36,747 nucleotides of DNA from an uncultured Syntrophomonadaceae bacterium. GTDB lineage: Bacteria; Bacillota; Dethiobacteria; PWVN01. Below the pieces are notes generated by a model that searched no databases, was not told the origin of the DNA, and worked only from the letters and a program-made list of their open reading frames with translations. The stretch spans positions 1 to 36,747 of the forward strand of contig CAZLTH010000001.1 in NCBI GenBank assembly GCA_964562355.1. Reading direction: 5' to 3'. Positions within the stretch are counted from its first letter, which is position 1. Each line of letters begins with the position of its first letter. Made by a program: the position numbers and the translations under genes. Below, piece by piece: positions 1-10,855 of the stretch.

Positions 1-298
1 ACTTTCCTGTCAGAAAAAAGGTACTTTTTATATTATAGTAATCCAAAATTATTAGAATATCTTCTATATATTTTTCGCCCATTGTAACATCGAAGGTAAA
101 AGATACTATTTTATCTTTAGTATCAATATAGTAAATAGCTTCCGTGTAGGATACTTGAAAAACAGGTTCAAGCAGGTGGCTGCTCAAGTAAAAGAGGATA
201 AGTAGTAGCGATATGATTCCGTATAGAATTTTTTTCTTTGCCCTTTTGCTATAAAATAACCTAATAATAACTTTCATTATATAGAATCTTATGTTCAC
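1..298 (-). CDS. polysaccharide deacetylase (NodB-fold) family protein, YlxY/PdaB-like; N-terminal part only, runs off the window edge
   Basis: Own translation of the minus strand; it is absent from the ORF track because no stop lies in the window. GTG at 298 follows AAAGGG by 5 nt (alternative ATG at 277). Sequence MNIRFYIMKVIIRLFYSKRAKKKILYGIISLLLILF is signal-anchor like. DKIVSFTFDVTMGEKYIEDILIILDYYNIKSTFFLTGK resembles the TFD(I/V)xxG ... ATFFxxG NodB blocks. Its position after pnp matches B. subtilis ylxY. Confidence 0.5.
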   Translation of the reverse strand, partial: MNIRFYIMKVIIRLFYSKRAKKKILYGIISLLLILFYLSSHLLEPVFQVSYTEAIYYIDTKDKIVSFTFDVTMGEKYIEDILIILDYYNIKSTFFLTGK

Positions 299-315
299 TG
301 AAACCCTTTTATGAG

Positions 316-347
316 CAAAAAAACAACGACTTTTAGATCGTTGTTTT
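316..347 (-). terminator. Rho-independent terminator downstream of pnp
   Basis: Minus strand reads AAAACAACGA-tctaaaag-TCGTTGTTTT followed by TTTGCTC, a 10-bp stem with a run of 7 T. It lies 25 nt after the pnp stop. Confidence 0.8.
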
Positions 348-371
348 ATAAAAATATTTGTGTTTGCTCGT

Positions 372-2540
372 TTATTTAATAAACTTTCTGCCGCCTTTAC
401 CATATTTATTATGTGTCTTATTATCTTCTACTCTCGTAGGCTTATGCGGCACACGAGTAGAATTTCCTGTATCAGTAAGCAAAGCTTTTCGAGAGAGATT
501 AATTCTACCCCGGTCATCAATATCTAAAACTTTGACCATTATTTCATCTCCGACTTTTACTACATCTTCAGTTTTATTCACACGCTCATGAGCCAAATGA
601 GAAATATGTATCAACCCACTTTTCCCGGGAAGAATCTCAACAAAAGCACCATAGTTTTCTGTTCTGGTAACTTTACCCAAGTAAGAAACTCCTGGTTCCG
701 CTTCTTTTACAAGGTTTTCAATGATTTCCTTTGCCTTTTCCCCATTTTTGGCATCCAGTGCGGCTATAAATACACTGCCATCAGGCTTGATATCTATTTC
801 GGTGCTTGTCTCAGATATGATTTTATTAATTATCTTACCACCAGGTCCGATAATGTCCCTTATTTTCTCCGGGTCAATTTGCAAAGTTAGAATACGCGGG
901 GCATAGGGTGACATCTCTGGTCGCGGAGCATCAATTGTTGACAGCATTTTTTCCAAAATAGACAAATAACCCTCTTTGGCTCTCTTGAGAGCAGTGGCTA
1001 GTAATTCACGAGAGAGACCTTTTGTTTTTATATCCATTTGTAATGCTGTAATGCCGTCTCTTGTACCGGCAACTTTAAAATCCATATCTCCCAAATAGTC
1101 TTCCATACCTTGAATGTCAGTAAGAATAGCTGTTTTTTCACCTGAGATAAGTCCCATAGCTATTCCTGAAACAGGTTTTTTTATGGGTACCCCTGCATCC
1201 ATCAAAGATAAAGAAGCAGCACATACACTTCCCATAGAGCTAGAGCCGTTTGACCCAATTACTTCTGAAACCAAACGAATAGCGTAAGGAAAATCTTCTT
1301 CTGTTGGAATCACCGGCAGCAACGCTTTTTCAGCCAAAGCACCATGGCCAATTTCCCGACGACCTGGCCCACGCATAAAGCCCGCTTCTCCTACACTATA
1401 AGGAGGAAAGTTATAATGGTGCATAAACCTTTGCGTTTCTTCTACCCCTAATCCATCAAGTTTCTGTACATTACCCAAGGATCCCAGAGTACATACATTT
1501 AAAACCTGTGTCTGTCCCCTATTGAATAATGCGGAGCCATGTGTTCTGGGAAGATAGCCTGCTTTACAGCTTACAGGTCTGATTTCATCCGGTTTTCTTC
1601 CGTCAGGGCGAATCTCTTTTTCTACAATTCTTTTTCTGACTATCTCTTTAAGAAGATTTTCAAAACATGCATTTATATCTTTGGCTTTTTCAGGGTATTC
1701 GGAAAGCAAAGCTTCTTTAGTTTCTTTTTTTATACTGGCAATCTTTTCTTCTCGTGCTAGCTTCTCCTCAATCAAAAGAGCTGCCTCTATTTTTTCTGGA
1801 GTAGTAACTTTTATTTTTTCTACAATTTCTACTGCCGGCTCAAAAAGAGGCACTTCCCTTTTCTGCTTTGCGCAAGTATCAAGCATACTTTCCTGTAAGG
1901 AAACAATTTCTTTAATCACCTCGTGACCCTTGATAATAGCTTCTAGTAAATTTTCTTCTGAAACTTCTGCAGCTCCAGCTTCTACCATCATAATAGCCTC
2001 TTTTGTGCCGGCTACTACTAGGTGGAGAGTACTTTTTTCTCTTTCTTTAGCATTTGGATTAATAACATATTCTCCGTCTACTAAACCTACAACTACTGCC
2101 GCTACGGGTTCTGCAAAAGGAATGTCAGAAATTGATAACGCCGCCGATGCCCCTATTATGGCCAGAGCTTCTGGTGGGCAGTCCTGATCCACAGATAAAA
2201 CTGTAGCTACAATATGTACTGAGTTTCTAAATCCTTTTGGGAATAGTGGTCTAAGTGGTCTATCTGTTAATCTGGCCGCTAGAATGGCCTTTTCAGTAGG
2301 TCTTCCCTCTCTTTTTATAAATCCTCCGGGTATTTTGCCGGCGGCATACATTCTTTCCTCATAGTCAACAGTCAAAGGAAAGAAGTCAATGCCGTCTCTA
2401 GGCTCTGCAGATGCTGTTGCAGTAACTAAAACAATACTATCACCATAGCGAACCAAAACAGCCCCCCCTGCTTGCTGTGCTAGCTCACCAACCTCCAGAA
2501 CTAAAGAACGCTCTGCAAGTATTAATTTGAATTGTTCCAT
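372..2540 (-). CDS. pnp: polyribonucleotide nucleotidyltransferase (PNPase)
   Basis: 722-aa ORF with two RNase PH-like halves plus KH and S1 regions ([30 protein letters not shown]). It has the conserved position after rpsO. SD GGAGGAT lies upstream of the ATG. Confidence 0.97.
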   Translation of the reverse strand: MEQFKLILAERSLVLEVGELAQQAGGAVLVRYGDSIVLVTATASAEPRDGIDFFPLTVDYEERMYAAGKIPGGFIKREGRPTEKAILAARLTDRPLRPLFPKGFRNSVHIVATVLSVDQDCPPEALAIIGASAALSISDIPFAEPVAAVVVGLVDGEYVINPNAKEREKSTLHLVVAGTKEAIMMVEAGAAEVSEENLLEAIIKGHEVIKEIVSLQESMLDTCAKQKREVPLFEPAVEIVEKIKVTTPEKIEAALLIEEKLAREEKIASIKKETKEALLSEYPEKAKDINACFENLLKEIVRKRIVEKEIRPDGRKPDEIRPVSCKAGYLPRTHGSALFNRGQTQVLNVCTLGSLGNVQKLDGLGVEETQRFMHHYNFPPYSVGEAGFMRGPGRREIGHGALAEKALLPVIPTEEDFPYAIRLVSEVIGSNGSSSMGSVCAASLSLMDAGVPIKKPVSGIAMGLISGEKTAILTDIQGMEDYLGDMDFKVAGTRDGITALQMDIKTKGLSRELLATALKRAKEGYLSILEKMLSTIDAPRPEMSPYAPRILTLQIDPEKIRDIIGPGGKIINKIISETSTEIDIKPDGSVFIAALDAKNGEKAKEIIENLVKEAEPGVSYLGKVTRTENYGAFVEILPGKSGLIHISHLAHERVNKTEDVVKVGDEIMVKVLDIDDRGRINLSRKALLTDTGNSTRVPHKPTRVEDNKTHNKYGKGGRKFIK

Positions 2541-2570
2541 TTAATAATATCCTCCTTCTACTCTTCAGAA

Positions 2571-2595
2571 AAGAGCGGGGATACCCCCCGCTCTT
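2571..2595 (-). terminator. rpsO terminator / pnp leader hairpin
   Basis: Minus strand reads AAGAGCGGGG-ggtat-CCCCGCTCTT followed by TTCTG. It lies in the 59-nt rpsO-pnp spacer. Confidence 0.6.
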
Positions 2596-2599
2596 CCTT

Positions 2600-2866
2600 T
2601 TATCGTCGTAATTCCAGTTTGCTTAGAATCAGCTGATATCTCGCAACTTCATTTTTTTTCAGGTAATTAAGAAGCCCACGCCTTTGTCCAACCATTTTTA
2701 GAAGTCCTCTTCTGGAATGATGATCTTTTTTATGAGTCTTTAAATGCTCTGTCAGATGCCTTATTCTTGCTGTTAAAAGAGCAATCTGTACTTCAGAAGA
2801 ACCGGTATCCTTTTCGTGTACCTGAAATTCTTCAATAATACCCTGTTTTTTGATACTGAGTGTCAT
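2600..2866 (-). CDS. rpsO: 30S ribosomal protein S15
   Basis: [56 protein letters not shown] is a typical S15. I trimmed the track ORF (2908) to the ATG at 2866, which has GAGGAGGTG 9 nt upstream and gives 88 aa. Confidence 0.95.
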   Translation of the reverse strand: MTLSIKKQGIIEEFQVHEKDTGSSEVQIALLTARIRHLTEHLKTHKKDHHSRRGLLKMVGQRRGLLNYLKKNEVARYQLILSKLELRR

Positions 2867-2959
2867 GCTGATATTCACCTCCTCATGTTCTTTATCCCCA
2901 TTAGCCAAGAAAAACGTCGGAGCAGCGATTTTCCTAGCATAAGGTTTTTATCCTCTAGT

Positions 2960-2988
2960 ATTTTATCACAGATAAAATGTATTGTAAA
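2960..2988 (-). promoter_or_regulatory. candidate sigma-A promoter for rpsO
   Basis: Minus strand reads TTTACA-17 nt-TAAAAT, with TG one nt upstream of the -10 (extended -10). It starts directly after the ribF stop. Confidence 0.55.
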
Positions 2989-3927
2989 TCAATTAAATTT
3001 GCCGTATCCTTCTATTATCTTTTTTGCCGTCAAGACATCCTGTCTAATTTGACTCTTTAATTTTTCCCTATCCTTAAAAGATCGTTCCTCTCTTAGTTTT
3101 TCTAAAAAAGAAACAACTAATACCTCTCCATAAATATTTTCCGAGAAATTTAGTAAATGAATTTCTACTGCTAGAGTTTGTCCAAAAACAGTCGGTCTAA
3201 AACCCAAGTTGGAAAGACCATAATATTGCCTGTTTTTATAAGTTGCCATGACCAAATAGACCCCATTGGCAGGTAAGATAATATCACTAGGCAACTGTAA
3301 GTTAGCAGTAGGAAATCCTAAAGTTCTACCAATTTTTCTGTCAGAAACAACAGTTCCTCTAATAAAATAGTTATAGCCCAGAATTTTGGATACTTCGTCT
3401 ACCTTCCCTTGTAGCAATTTAGTTCTAGCTAAAGAGCTACTGACGATTTTATTATTAACTATTACCGGTTCTATAATTTCAACGCTGAAACCTGATTCTT
3501 TAGCGATATGTTCCAATTCAAAAGTTGTTCCTTTTCCCTGATGACCAAAAGTATAATCAAATCCAACTACCACACCACTAATAGCAAATTTTTTAGTCAG
3601 ATAAATTTCTAGAAACTCTTCCGCTAGCAAAGAGGCAAATTTCTTGGTAAATTTTTCAACGAAGACAATGTCTATGCCGATGTTTCCCAACATTAGACAT
3701 CTATCATTGATTGTAGTTAAAAGATAAGGTTTCTTTTTTTTTTCTAGCACTTTATAAGGGTGGGGCTCAAAAAGCAATACAGATGATTTTTGTCTCATAA
3801 GCTGAGCTTTCTTAACAGTTTTTTTAATTATGGCCCTATGTCCTAAATGAACACCATCAAAATTTCCTAATGCCATAACTGTATTTGGGGGAAGATTAGA
3901 GGTGCTATCAGCGTGTATTACTTCCAT
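2989..3927 (-). CDS. ribF: bifunctional riboflavin kinase / FMN adenylyltransferase
   Basis: The motif GNFDGVHLGH and a C-terminal riboflavin kinase half are present. I chose the ATG at 3927 (MEVIHADS...) with GGAGG upstream. The longer track ORF would overlap truB by 86 nt. Confidence 0.93.
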   Translation of the reverse strand: MEVIHADSTSNLPPNTVMALGNFDGVHLGHRAIIKKTVKKAQLMRQKSSVLLFEPHPYKVLEKKKKPYLLTTINDRCLMLGNIGIDIVFVEKFTKKFASLLAEEFLEIYLTKKFAISGVVVGFDYTFGHQGKGTTFELEHIAKESGFSVEIIEPVIVNNKIVSSSLARTKLLQGKVDEVSKILGYNYFIRGTVVSDRKIGRTLGFPTANLQLPSDIILPANGVYLVMATYKNRQYYGLSNLGFRPTVFGQTLAVEIHLLNFSENIYGEVLVVSFLEKLREERSFKDREKLKSQIRQDVLTAKKIIEGYGKFN

Positions 3928-3943
3928 TTGGTTTGTCCTCCTT

Positions 3944-4831
3944 CTAAACAAATACTGTACTCGGTTTGATAACAATTTCATCAGCAGTTTTATGGATTTT
4001 TCCCAGAGCAATAATGCTATACTTATCATATAGACGAACTAGATCATTGTCAGAAGGAATCAATTCCGAAGGAACTTCTATAAAATTCCCATTGCTGATT
4101 TTTATAGCATCTTTTTTATCCAATATCAGAGAAGGAAGGTGAGGGAAAGGATAATCAAGGGGGTGTAAAGCTTTATCTATGAGTTCTTCCCTAGTCAAAG
4201 AATCAATTTCTTCTAGTAGACAAGAGGTTTTGATACTAAATGGTCCTACACAGGTTCTTATTAAAAAAGACATAAAGCCGACAGTACCCAGATTTTTGGC
4301 TAAATCAGCACATAGAACGCGCATGTAGGTTCCACTTGAACATTCCACGTCAAAAAGCAGGGAAGAAGGTGTTTCTCGTACAATATTTATACTGTATATC
4401 GTTATTGTTCTTGGAGGGGGATCAACTTCTATTCCTTTTCTCGCCAGTTCATAAAGTCTCTTGCCCTTGTAATGTACAGCTGAGTATATAGGCGGTTTTT
4501 GTTTTTGTGTCCCGATAAATTTCTTTAACGCTCCATCTATAACGGAAGCATTTAGTGAAGGGATTTTCTGTTCATCTATAATCTTTCCGGCAATATCGCC
4601 CGTATCTGTAGATTTGCCCAGAGTAAGCTCTACCCTATACGACTTTTTAGTGGCGGTAACAAAAGAAGCCAGCTTTGTCCCTTTCCCTGTTGCCAGTACT
4701 AAAACTCCCGCTGCAGCAGGATCAAGAGTACCTGTATGACCTGTTTTAACTTTGTGTTTCCGACGAAAAAAAGACACAACGTCATGAGAAGACATACCAG
4801 GCGGCTTCAGTACATTTAAAAAGCCATTCAT
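3944..4831 (-). CDS. truB: tRNA pseudouridine(55) synthase
   Basis: MNGFLNVLKPPGMSSHDVV...GHTGTLDPAAAGVL is the TruB catalytic Asp motif. Synteny with rbfA and ribF supports the call. Confidence 0.95.
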   Translation of the reverse strand: MNGFLNVLKPPGMSSHDVVSFFRRKHKVKTGHTGTLDPAAAGVLVLATGKGTKLASFVTATKKSYRVELTLGKSTDTGDIAGKIIDEQKIPSLNASVIDGALKKFIGTQKQKPPIYSAVHYKGKRLYELARKGIEVDPPPRTITIYSINIVRETPSSLLFDVECSSGTYMRVLCADLAKNLGTVGFMSFLIRTCVGPFSIKTSCLLEEIDSLTREELIDKALHPLDYPFPHLPSLILDKKDAIKISNGNFIEVPSELIPSDNDLVRLYDKYSIIALGKIHKTADEIVIKPSTVFV

Positions 4832-5793
4832 TATGAAAATACCGCATCTATTTGTTTGAGCACCTTGTTTTTTACTTGCTCCAAAGGAAGATTTTTAAAA
4901 GTACAGCCTGCGGCATTTTTATGTCCTCCTCCACCGAAAACTTGTGCAAGTCTACTTACATTAACATTTCCTGTTGATCGAAAACCTACTTTTATTTCAC
5001 CAGTTTTTTTAACATGAAACAGCAGCCCAACTTCAACGTTTTTCATATTAATAGTATAGTTAATTAGTCCATCCAAATCTTCACCTTTTGCTAAACAATT
5101 ATTTAGCATTATATAGTCAATTACTATCCAGGCTATCTTTTTATCCTTTGACATTTCCAACTTTTGCAAGCCTTCCTTCAAAAGACAAAATGCAGGAAAA
5201 CTTATCTCATCAAATATTTTTGTAGTGATAGCTCTTAAATCAAAACCTGTTTGTAGTAAAGCAGCAGTAATAGCAAAAGATTTATAGCTGGTGTTGGAGA
5301 ATTTATAATTTCCTGTATCGGTACTAATAGAAACATACAAACACTCTGCTATTTTAGTATCAATTTGTATCGAAAATAACCGGAACAAATCATAAATAAT
5401 TTCTCCGGTTGCTGCTGCCTCAGGAACTACCAAGTTTAAAAGACCAAACCCAGTATTTGAAACATGATGATCAATATTAATGATTGTTGTTTTATCTAGC
5501 TGGTCAGCAAATCTGCCCAAGCGAGAAAGGTCACTGGAATCAAGAACAATACAAACAACCTTGCTAAAATCAGAAAAATTTTCTACCAAAGGCAAGCCGT
5601 CTAAAAGAAAACGATATTTTTCAGGAGTTTTATCATTAATTATAATTGTAAAATCTTTTTTTAAAGCAACCAACATATGACCCATGGCCGCCATAGAACC
5701 TATGCTGTCACCATCAGGATTAACATGCGAAATCAAAACAAACTTTTCTTCTTTGGCTATCTTTTCTTTTATAAGCTGGTAATCAAAGTTCAT
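4831..5793 (-). CDS. nrnA: DHH/DHHA1 phosphoesterase (NrnA-like oligoribonuclease / pAp phosphatase)
   Basis: Motifs present are HVNPDGDSIGS, DHH (IDHH) and the GGGGHKNAAG DHHA1 motif. The gene sits between rbfA and truB. Confidence 0.85.
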   Translation of the reverse strand: MNFDYQLIKEKIAKEEKFVLISHVNPDGDSIGSMAAMGHMLVALKKDFTIIINDKTPEKYRFLLDGLPLVENFSDFSKVVCIVLDSSDLSRLGRFADQLDKTTIINIDHHVSNTGFGLLNLVVPEAAATGEIIYDLFRLFSIQIDTKIAECLYVSISTDTGNYKFSNTSYKSFAITAALLQTGFDLRAITTKIFDEISFPAFCLLKEGLQKLEMSKDKKIAWIVIDYIMLNNCLAKGEDLDGLINYTINMKNVEVGLLFHVKKTGEIKVGFRSTGNVNVSRLAQVFGGGGHKNAAGCTFKNLPLEQVKNKVLKQIDAVFS

Positions 5794-6163
5794 GTTTTTC
5801 TCCAGGTTTAGGAGAGTTTAAGCTTTTTAAAATTTTATTGATATGATCCCCATATTCCATAGATGTATCAAGTTGAAAGAGCAACTGGGGAATATGTCTG
5901 ATTCTAATCCTTTTGCCCAGTTCCATACGTATAAATCCAGCACTTTTTCGCACAATCTCTAATATTTCTGTAACATCCGTATCTTGGTCTTTGGCATAAA
6001 TACTTAAAGAGATTTGGGCATAGCTCAAATCTCCTGTCATCTTAACTCCCGTAATACTAATTACCCCGACAGACAGACGAGGATCTTTAACTTCTGTTTT
6101 AATAATATCACTTACTTCTCGCTTAATTTCCTCAGCAACTCTGTAATTTCTTTGCTTCGACAT
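5783..6163 (-). CDS. rbfA: ribosome-binding factor A
   Basis: RVAEEIKREVSDIIKTEVKDPRL...ISITGVKMTGDLSYAQI is a typical RbfA. It lies downstream of infB. Confidence 0.93.
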   Translation of the reverse strand: MSKQRNYRVAEEIKREVSDIIKTEVKDPRLSVGVISITGVKMTGDLSYAQISLSIYAKDQDTDVTEILEIVRKSAGFIRMELGKRIRIRHIPQLLFQLDTSMEYGDHINKILKSLNSPKPGEKHEL

Positions 6164-6259
6164 TTATACTTATCCCCTTTAATTAGTAGTCAGGAGTCAA
6201 AAGAGACAATTCCCATTCTTCTGCTGATGCTGTTAAAATAAATTTAACTTTGAAAACTG

Positions 6260-6541
6260 TTAAATGGTTTCCAAAGTATGACTTAACAGCACAATCTCAC
6301 TTTCCCCGGCAATTTCATCTGTGATTTTATTTAATTGTTTATATACCGGAACTGTTGAGTTAGCAACACATACTACAGCCAAGATACTTCTTTGCCACTT
6401 ATCATGATAACCGATTTCCGAAAATGATACATTATATTTTTTCCTAATTCTCAAAATTAAACCTTTTAGTATTTTACGTTTATCTTTTAAGGACTGGGCC
6501 TGTGGAAAATGCAGTTCCAAGTTTAACAACCCTACTATCAC
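6260..6541 (-). CDS. DUF503 family protein (YlxP-like)
   Basis: 93 aa with a GTG start. LELHFPQAQSLKDKRKILKGL matches the DUF503 pattern (SLKeKR). It has the conserved slot between infB and rbfA. Confidence 0.8.
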   Translation of the reverse strand: MIVGLLNLELHFPQAQSLKDKRKILKGLILRIRKKYNVSFSEIGYHDKWQRSILAVVCVANSTVPVYKQLNKITDEIAGESEIVLLSHTLETI

Positions 6542-6554
6542 AAAAGGTCAACAC

Positions 6555-8645
6555 CTATTCTGGTTGAATTTTTTGTATAAAATAACCCTCAATAATATCT
6601 CCCTCTTGAATATCATTGAATTTTTCCAGCATAATACCACATTCAAACCCGGCAACTACTTCTTTGGCATCTTCTTTAAATCTTTTGAGAGAAGACAAAG
6701 AACCCTCATGTACAACTATACCATTCCTTATTATCCTTGCACTGAGTTGACGTGTGATTTTACCATCCAAAACATAGCAACCGGCAATAGTACCGACTTT
6801 TGATACCTTAAATAATTGTCGCACTTCAACCTGACCAGAAACAACTTCTTTGTACTCCGGAGCCAACATACCTCTAGCAGCTTTTTTCAGGTCATCAATA
6901 GCTTCATATATTACCCGGTACAATCTTATTTCGACTTTTTCTTTTTCTCCTATTTTTCTTACAGTAGCGGAAGGCCTAACATTAAATCCAATAACAATGG
7001 CGTTAGAAGCCGCAGCAAGCATGATGTCAGATTCAGTAATTGCACCAACACCACTATGAATAATGTTTAAATAAACAGTGTCTGATATATCCAACTTCAT
7101 GAAGGATTCCTGCAATACCTCAACGGAGCCGTGCACATCAGCTTTTATGATTATATTAAGATCATTTGCTTCGCCTTCTTCCAAGCGAGTGAAGAGGTTT
7201 TCCAAAGTAACTCTTTGAACACGTTTCAAACTACTTAACCGCTTTTTTTGCAAACGTCTTGCTGCAAGCTGTCGTGCCAGTTTTTCATCTTTAACTGCTT
7301 GCAATATGTCTCCTGCTTCCGGAGTAGTTGATAATCCTAAAATTTCAACAGGGGTGGCAGGCAGACCTTTTTTTATCTTTTCCCCTTTATAATCATGCAT
7401 TGCTCTAACTTTGCCGGCAATATTACCACAGATTATAGGGTCGCCAACTTGCAGTGTCCCATCTTGAATCAAAACAGTAGCCACTACGCCTTTACCTTTA
7501 TCAAGCCTTGCTTCAATAACTGTTCCCATAGCCTTTTTTGTAGGATTAGCTCGTAGCTCGGCTATTTCTGCCACTAGAAGAATCATTTCCAGTAATTCAT
7601 CAAGTCCTTCTTTTTTTATAGCAGAAACATGCACGTAAACAGTCTCTCCACCCCACTCTTCCGGTATTAGATTATATTCTGCCAGCTGTTGTTTGACCTT
7701 ATCAGGATTGGCATTTTCCTTGTCAATTTTGTTAATAGCTACAACAATCGGCACATCAGCGGCTTTGGCATGGTTGATCGCTTCTACAGTTTGAGGCATA
7801 ACGCCATCATCAGCAGCTACAACCACAATAGCAATATCAGTAGCTTTTGCCCCACGAGCACGCATGGCAGTAAATGCTTCATGTCCGGGAGTATCGAGAA
7901 AAGTTATTTTTCTCCCGTTTACATCTACCTGGTAAGCTCCAATATGCTGCGTGATACCACCGGCTTCCTGCGCAGTTACGTTTGCTTTTCTGATGGCATC
8001 CAAAAGAGAAGTTTTTCCATGATCAACATGTCCTAAAATAGTTGCTACAGGCGGACGAATTATAGACATTTTCAGATCAGTTTCTTCTTGTAAAGATAAT
8101 AGAAGTTCCGCCTCTTGGAGGTCTTCTTTTATCTCGATTTTTATGTCAAGTTCATCAGCGAGTAAAATCAGAACATCCGGATCCAGTGGTTCATTGATAG
8201 CTGACATAAATCCTAAGTCAACAAGACGAGTCATGATGTCTGAAACATTAATGTCAAGAACATCAGCTAACTCCTTGGGGTTTACATTTTCTTCAACTAT
8301 AATAGTTTTAACTGCTTTTTTGGCAAGTTCTCTACTTCTTTCTTCCGCTTTACGAGCTTTGCGGCTTGGAACTTTTTCTTTTTTAACTTTAGAGAGAGAT
8401 GGTTTTTTTCTCTCCTGTTTTGGAGACTCTTTTTCTTTTTGAGGCAAAGTCCCTAAGTCTTCTTTGTTTTCTCCTCGCAAATGTGCTTTTATTTTCGAAG
8501 CACTTTGCTCTTCAATCATACTCATATGATTTTTTACTTTTACATCAATTCCCGCTAACAATTCGATTATTCTTTTGCTGGGAATACCAAGTTCTTTGGC
8601 AAGTTCATAAACACGTAATTTGCCCAATACCTGCACCTCCATCAT
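6555..8645 (-). CDS. infB: translation initiation factor IF-2
   Basis: 696 aa with the GTPase motifs [14 protein letters not shown] and NKID. Synteny with nusA supports the call. Confidence 0.97.
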   Translation of the reverse strand: MMEVQVLGKLRVYELAKELGIPSKRIIELLAGIDVKVKNHMSMIEEQSASKIKAHLRGENKEDLGTLPQKEKESPKQERKKPSLSKVKKEKVPSRKARKAEERSRELAKKAVKTIIVEENVNPKELADVLDINVSDIMTRLVDLGFMSAINEPLDPDVLILLADELDIKIEIKEDLQEAELLLSLQEETDLKMSIIRPPVATILGHVDHGKTSLLDAIRKANVTAQEAGGITQHIGAYQVDVNGRKITFLDTPGHEAFTAMRARGAKATDIAIVVVAADDGVMPQTVEAINHAKAADVPIVVAINKIDKENANPDKVKQQLAEYNLIPEEWGGETVYVHVSAIKKEGLDELLEMILLVAEIAELRANPTKKAMGTVIEARLDKGKGVVATVLIQDGTLQVGDPIICGNIAGKVRAMHDYKGEKIKKGLPATPVEILGLSTTPEAGDILQAVKDEKLARQLAARRLQKKRLSSLKRVQRVTLENLFTRLEEGEANDLNIIIKADVHGSVEVLQESFMKLDISDTVYLNIIHSGVGAITESDIMLAAASNAIVIGFNVRPSATVRKIGEKEKVEIRLYRVIYEAIDDLKKAARGMLAPEYKEVVSGQVEVRQLFKVSKVGTIAGCYVLDGKITRQLSARIIRNGIVVHEGSLSSLKRFKEDAKEVVAGFECGIMLEKFNDIQEGDIIEGYFIQKIQPE

Positions 8646-8974
8646 GTAATCTTTTCATACTTAACCATATCTCCCCGGGTTAGCTTTGCAACTATGGCTT
8701 TTGCAAAGCCAGCATCGGTACATATTACTACTGCCCGGGGGGTTTTACCCAGCGCTTTCCCAAAGTCATCCTTAAAAGATGTCTCATAAAGCGGCATATT
8801 GTACCTTTTGCTTTGAGTGTAAAAAAAACTTTTGGTTTGAATTGATGCATCAAGCGCTAATAAAATCAGTTTTCCTTTATGACGCTGTAGGGTTCTTAGA
8901 GAATGTTCATAGCCAGAAACTATTTTACCCACTCTGTAAGCAATACCAATTAAGCTGCATATAGAATCAGTCAT
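8642..8974 (-). CDS. ylxQ: L7Ae-family RNA-binding protein (YlxQ-like)
   Basis: 110 aa. GKIVSGYEHSLRTLQRHKGKLILLALDAS is L7Ae-like. It has a 4-nt overlap with the infB start. Confidence 0.8.
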   Translation of the reverse strand: MTDSICSLIGIAYRVGKIVSGYEHSLRTLQRHKGKLILLALDASIQTKSFFYTQSKRYNMPLYETSFKDDFGKALGKTPRAVVICTDAGFAKAIVAKLTRGDMVKYEKIT

Positions 8975-9242
8975 CTTTAGTCAAACTTTCCTGAAGCTGT
9001 TCTATGATATCCGGAGAGATAGGATGTCTCAAACTTTTTGCCAACTTCTTCTTTTTTATAACGATATCCAGACATTCTTCTTTTAGGCACACATATGCTC
9101 CTCTGCCTGCTTTTTTACCAGTAAAATCCAAATAAACATCTCCCTCCGGGGTTTTAACAATCCTAACAAGGTCTTTTTTATTTTTTTTCTCCCCACATCC
9201 CAAGCAAACCCTGAGAGGTAATTTGCGTATTTTTTTGAGCAA
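8967..9242 (-). CDS. ylxR: YlxR/RnpM family (DUF448) protein
   Basis: PLRVCLGCGEKKNKKDLVRIV...GRGAYVC is the DUF448 signature. I placed the start at the TTG at 9242, with GGAGTGAG 6 nt upstream, just after the nusA stop. The longer track ORF overlaps nusA. Confidence 0.8.
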   Translation of the reverse strand: MLKKIRKLPLRVCLGCGEKKNKKDLVRIVKTPEGDVYLDFTGKKAGRGAYVCLKEECLDIVIKKKKLAKSLRHPISPDIIEQLQESLTKDD

Positions 9243-9249
9243 TTTTTTC

Positions 9250-10305
9250 TCACTCCGGTGCTTTATTTTTTTCAGCCAAGCGAGCTTCACTAACAATATC
9301 AATTTTACAACCAGTCAGCTTGGCAGCAAGTCTGGCATTCTGTCCCTCTTTGCCAATAGCCAAGGAAAGTTGATAATCAGGGACAGTAACAAAAGCATTT
9401 TTCTCTCCTTCTTTTATAGCCACTGAAAGTACCTTTGCCGGACTCAGGGCATTGGCTACGTAAATTTCTAGATCCTCATCCCACTTGACTATATCAATCT
9501 TTTCGCCTTTTAACTCACTAACTACCATTTGAACTCTGTTTCCTCTGTGTCCTACACAGGCACCTACCGGATCAACATCATTATTTTTAGAGTGAACGGC
9601 AATTTTCGAACGATATCCCGCTTCGCGAGCTACGGACTTGATTTCTACTATTCCATCAAAAATTTCTGGCACCTCTAACTCAAACAAACGTTTTAACAAA
9701 CCCGGGTGGGTCCTACTTACTATAATTTGAGGTCCTTTTGTGGTTTTTTTAACTTCACTTATAAAAACTTTAACTCTTTCACCTTGCTTATACAAATCTC
9801 CCTGCACTTGTTCTAAAGGAGGAAGAATTGCTTCGGTACGTCCCAAATCAATAACCACATTTTTTTGTTCAAATCTTTGTATTGTACCTGTAACAATGTC
9901 TTGCTCTCGATCCATAAAATCTTCATAAATCAATTCTCTTTCAGCTTCTCTGATACGCTGTATAACAACTTGCTTGGCTGTTTGTGCAGCCACTCGTCCA
10001 AAATTTCTAGGTGTAACTTCGCGTTCTGCTATGTCCCCAATTTCATAGTTTGGATTAATTTCTCTTGCTTCTTGTAAAGAAATTTCTTGCATAGCAGTTT
10101 CTGGTTTTTCAACGATATTCAATAAGGAGAATATTTTCATCTCACCGGAAGTAGTGTCCAAATGGACTTTGACATTGCCGCTGTTGTTAAAATTACGTTT
10201 ATATGCAGAGATTAACGCAACCTCAATAGCTTCTAATAAAACTTTTTTTTCTATACCCTTTTCCTTCTCAATTGCCTCTAGGGCTGTGAAAAAATCTTGA
10301 TTCAC
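9250..10305 (-). CDS. nusA: transcription termination/antitermination factor NusA
   Basis: 351 aa with an N-terminal domain, S1 and two KH regions (GACVGHRGNRVQ, AIGKEGQNARLA). Confidence 0.97.
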   Translation of the reverse strand: MNQDFFTALEAIEKEKGIEKKVLLEAIEVALISAYKRNFNNSGNVKVHLDTTSGEMKIFSLLNIVEKPETAMQEISLQEAREINPNYEIGDIAEREVTPRNFGRVAAQTAKQVVIQRIREAERELIYEDFMDREQDIVTGTIQRFEQKNVVIDLGRTEAILPPLEQVQGDLYKQGERVKVFISEVKKTTKGPQIIVSRTHPGLLKRLFELEVPEIFDGIVEIKSVAREAGYRSKIAVHSKNNDVDPVGACVGHRGNRVQMVVSELKGEKIDIVKWDEDLEIYVANALSPAKVLSVAIKEGEKNAFVTVPDYQLSLAIGKEGQNARLAAKLTGCKIDIVSEARLAEKNKAPE

Positions 10306-10823
10306 TTCTTCCTCTCCTTAAATGTCAAGTGAGCTTTAGCAATTTTAGTCAGAGGAATATTTATATTTTCATCTTCCTTGGTAATTACAAGTTCTTCCTT
10401 TATTACCCCAACAATCTTTCCTGTATTCTTTTTACTACCTTTTATCGGCGTATAAGTATATATACAGGCTTCTCTCTCTACAAATCTTTCATAATCTGAT
10501 TTCTTTTTCAACGGCCTCTCTATTCCTGGCGATGATACTTCCAGATTATAGGCTCTATTCATGTTAAGTGAGATATCTGCCTTTGAGGGAAGATGTGTCA
10601 CTTTTCCTATAATAGGTTCCTCTCTGTCAAGAAGATCACTCAGTATTCTGCTGACTTTTTCACAGTCCCGCAATTGAATACCTAGAGGAGTATCAATTAA
10701 GACTCTTAACACCCATCTATTTCCCTCTTTCAGAAGAGAAAGATCAACCAGTTCATAACTTTGCAAGCTAGATGATAAGCTAAAAGCATCACGTATCAAT
10801 GTTATAACATTTTTTTCAGCCAA
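10302..10823 (-). CDS. rimP: ribosome maturation factor RimP
   Basis: YELVDLSLLKEGNRWVLRVLID ... LEVSSPGIERPLKK. TTG start with AGGTGG 9 nt upstream. It has a 4-nt overlap with nusA. Confidence 0.9.
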   Translation of the reverse strand: MAEKNVITLIRDAFSLSSSLQSYELVDLSLLKEGNRWVLRVLIDTPLGIQLRDCEKVSRILSDLLDREEPIIGKVTHLPSKADISLNMNRAYNLEVSSPGIERPLKKKSDYERFVEREACIYTYTPIKGSKKNTGKIVGVIKEELVITKEDENINIPLTKIAKAHLTFKERKK

Positions 10824-10855
10824 TTGATAAAACCACCTAATCCATAACTAAGATT

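Noticed and set aside
358-2187. Many 60-120-aa plus-strand ORFs antisense to pnp. Similar ones lie antisense to infB, nusA, hslU, topA, recA, hsdR and other genes.
   Set aside because: They lie entirely within well-supported minus-strand genes, have low-complexity or Leu/Ser/Phe-rich composition typical of antisense frames in AT-rich DNA, and lack an SD.
2867-2908. N-terminal extensions in the longest-ORF track for rpsO (2908), ribF (4029), ylxR (9302) and frr (17665).
   Set aside because: The extensions lack an SD, overlap the upstream gene and add residues absent from these conserved families. Internal starts with good SDs give canonical lengths.
3734-3743. An A10/T10 homopolymer inside ribF (EKKKKP). 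Similar A8-A9 runs occur in dxr, hslU and topA, raising the question of slippage sites.
   Set aside because: All are in frame and encode Lys runs in intact conserved proteins. Such runs are expected in a low-GC genome, and there is no evidence of frameshifting.
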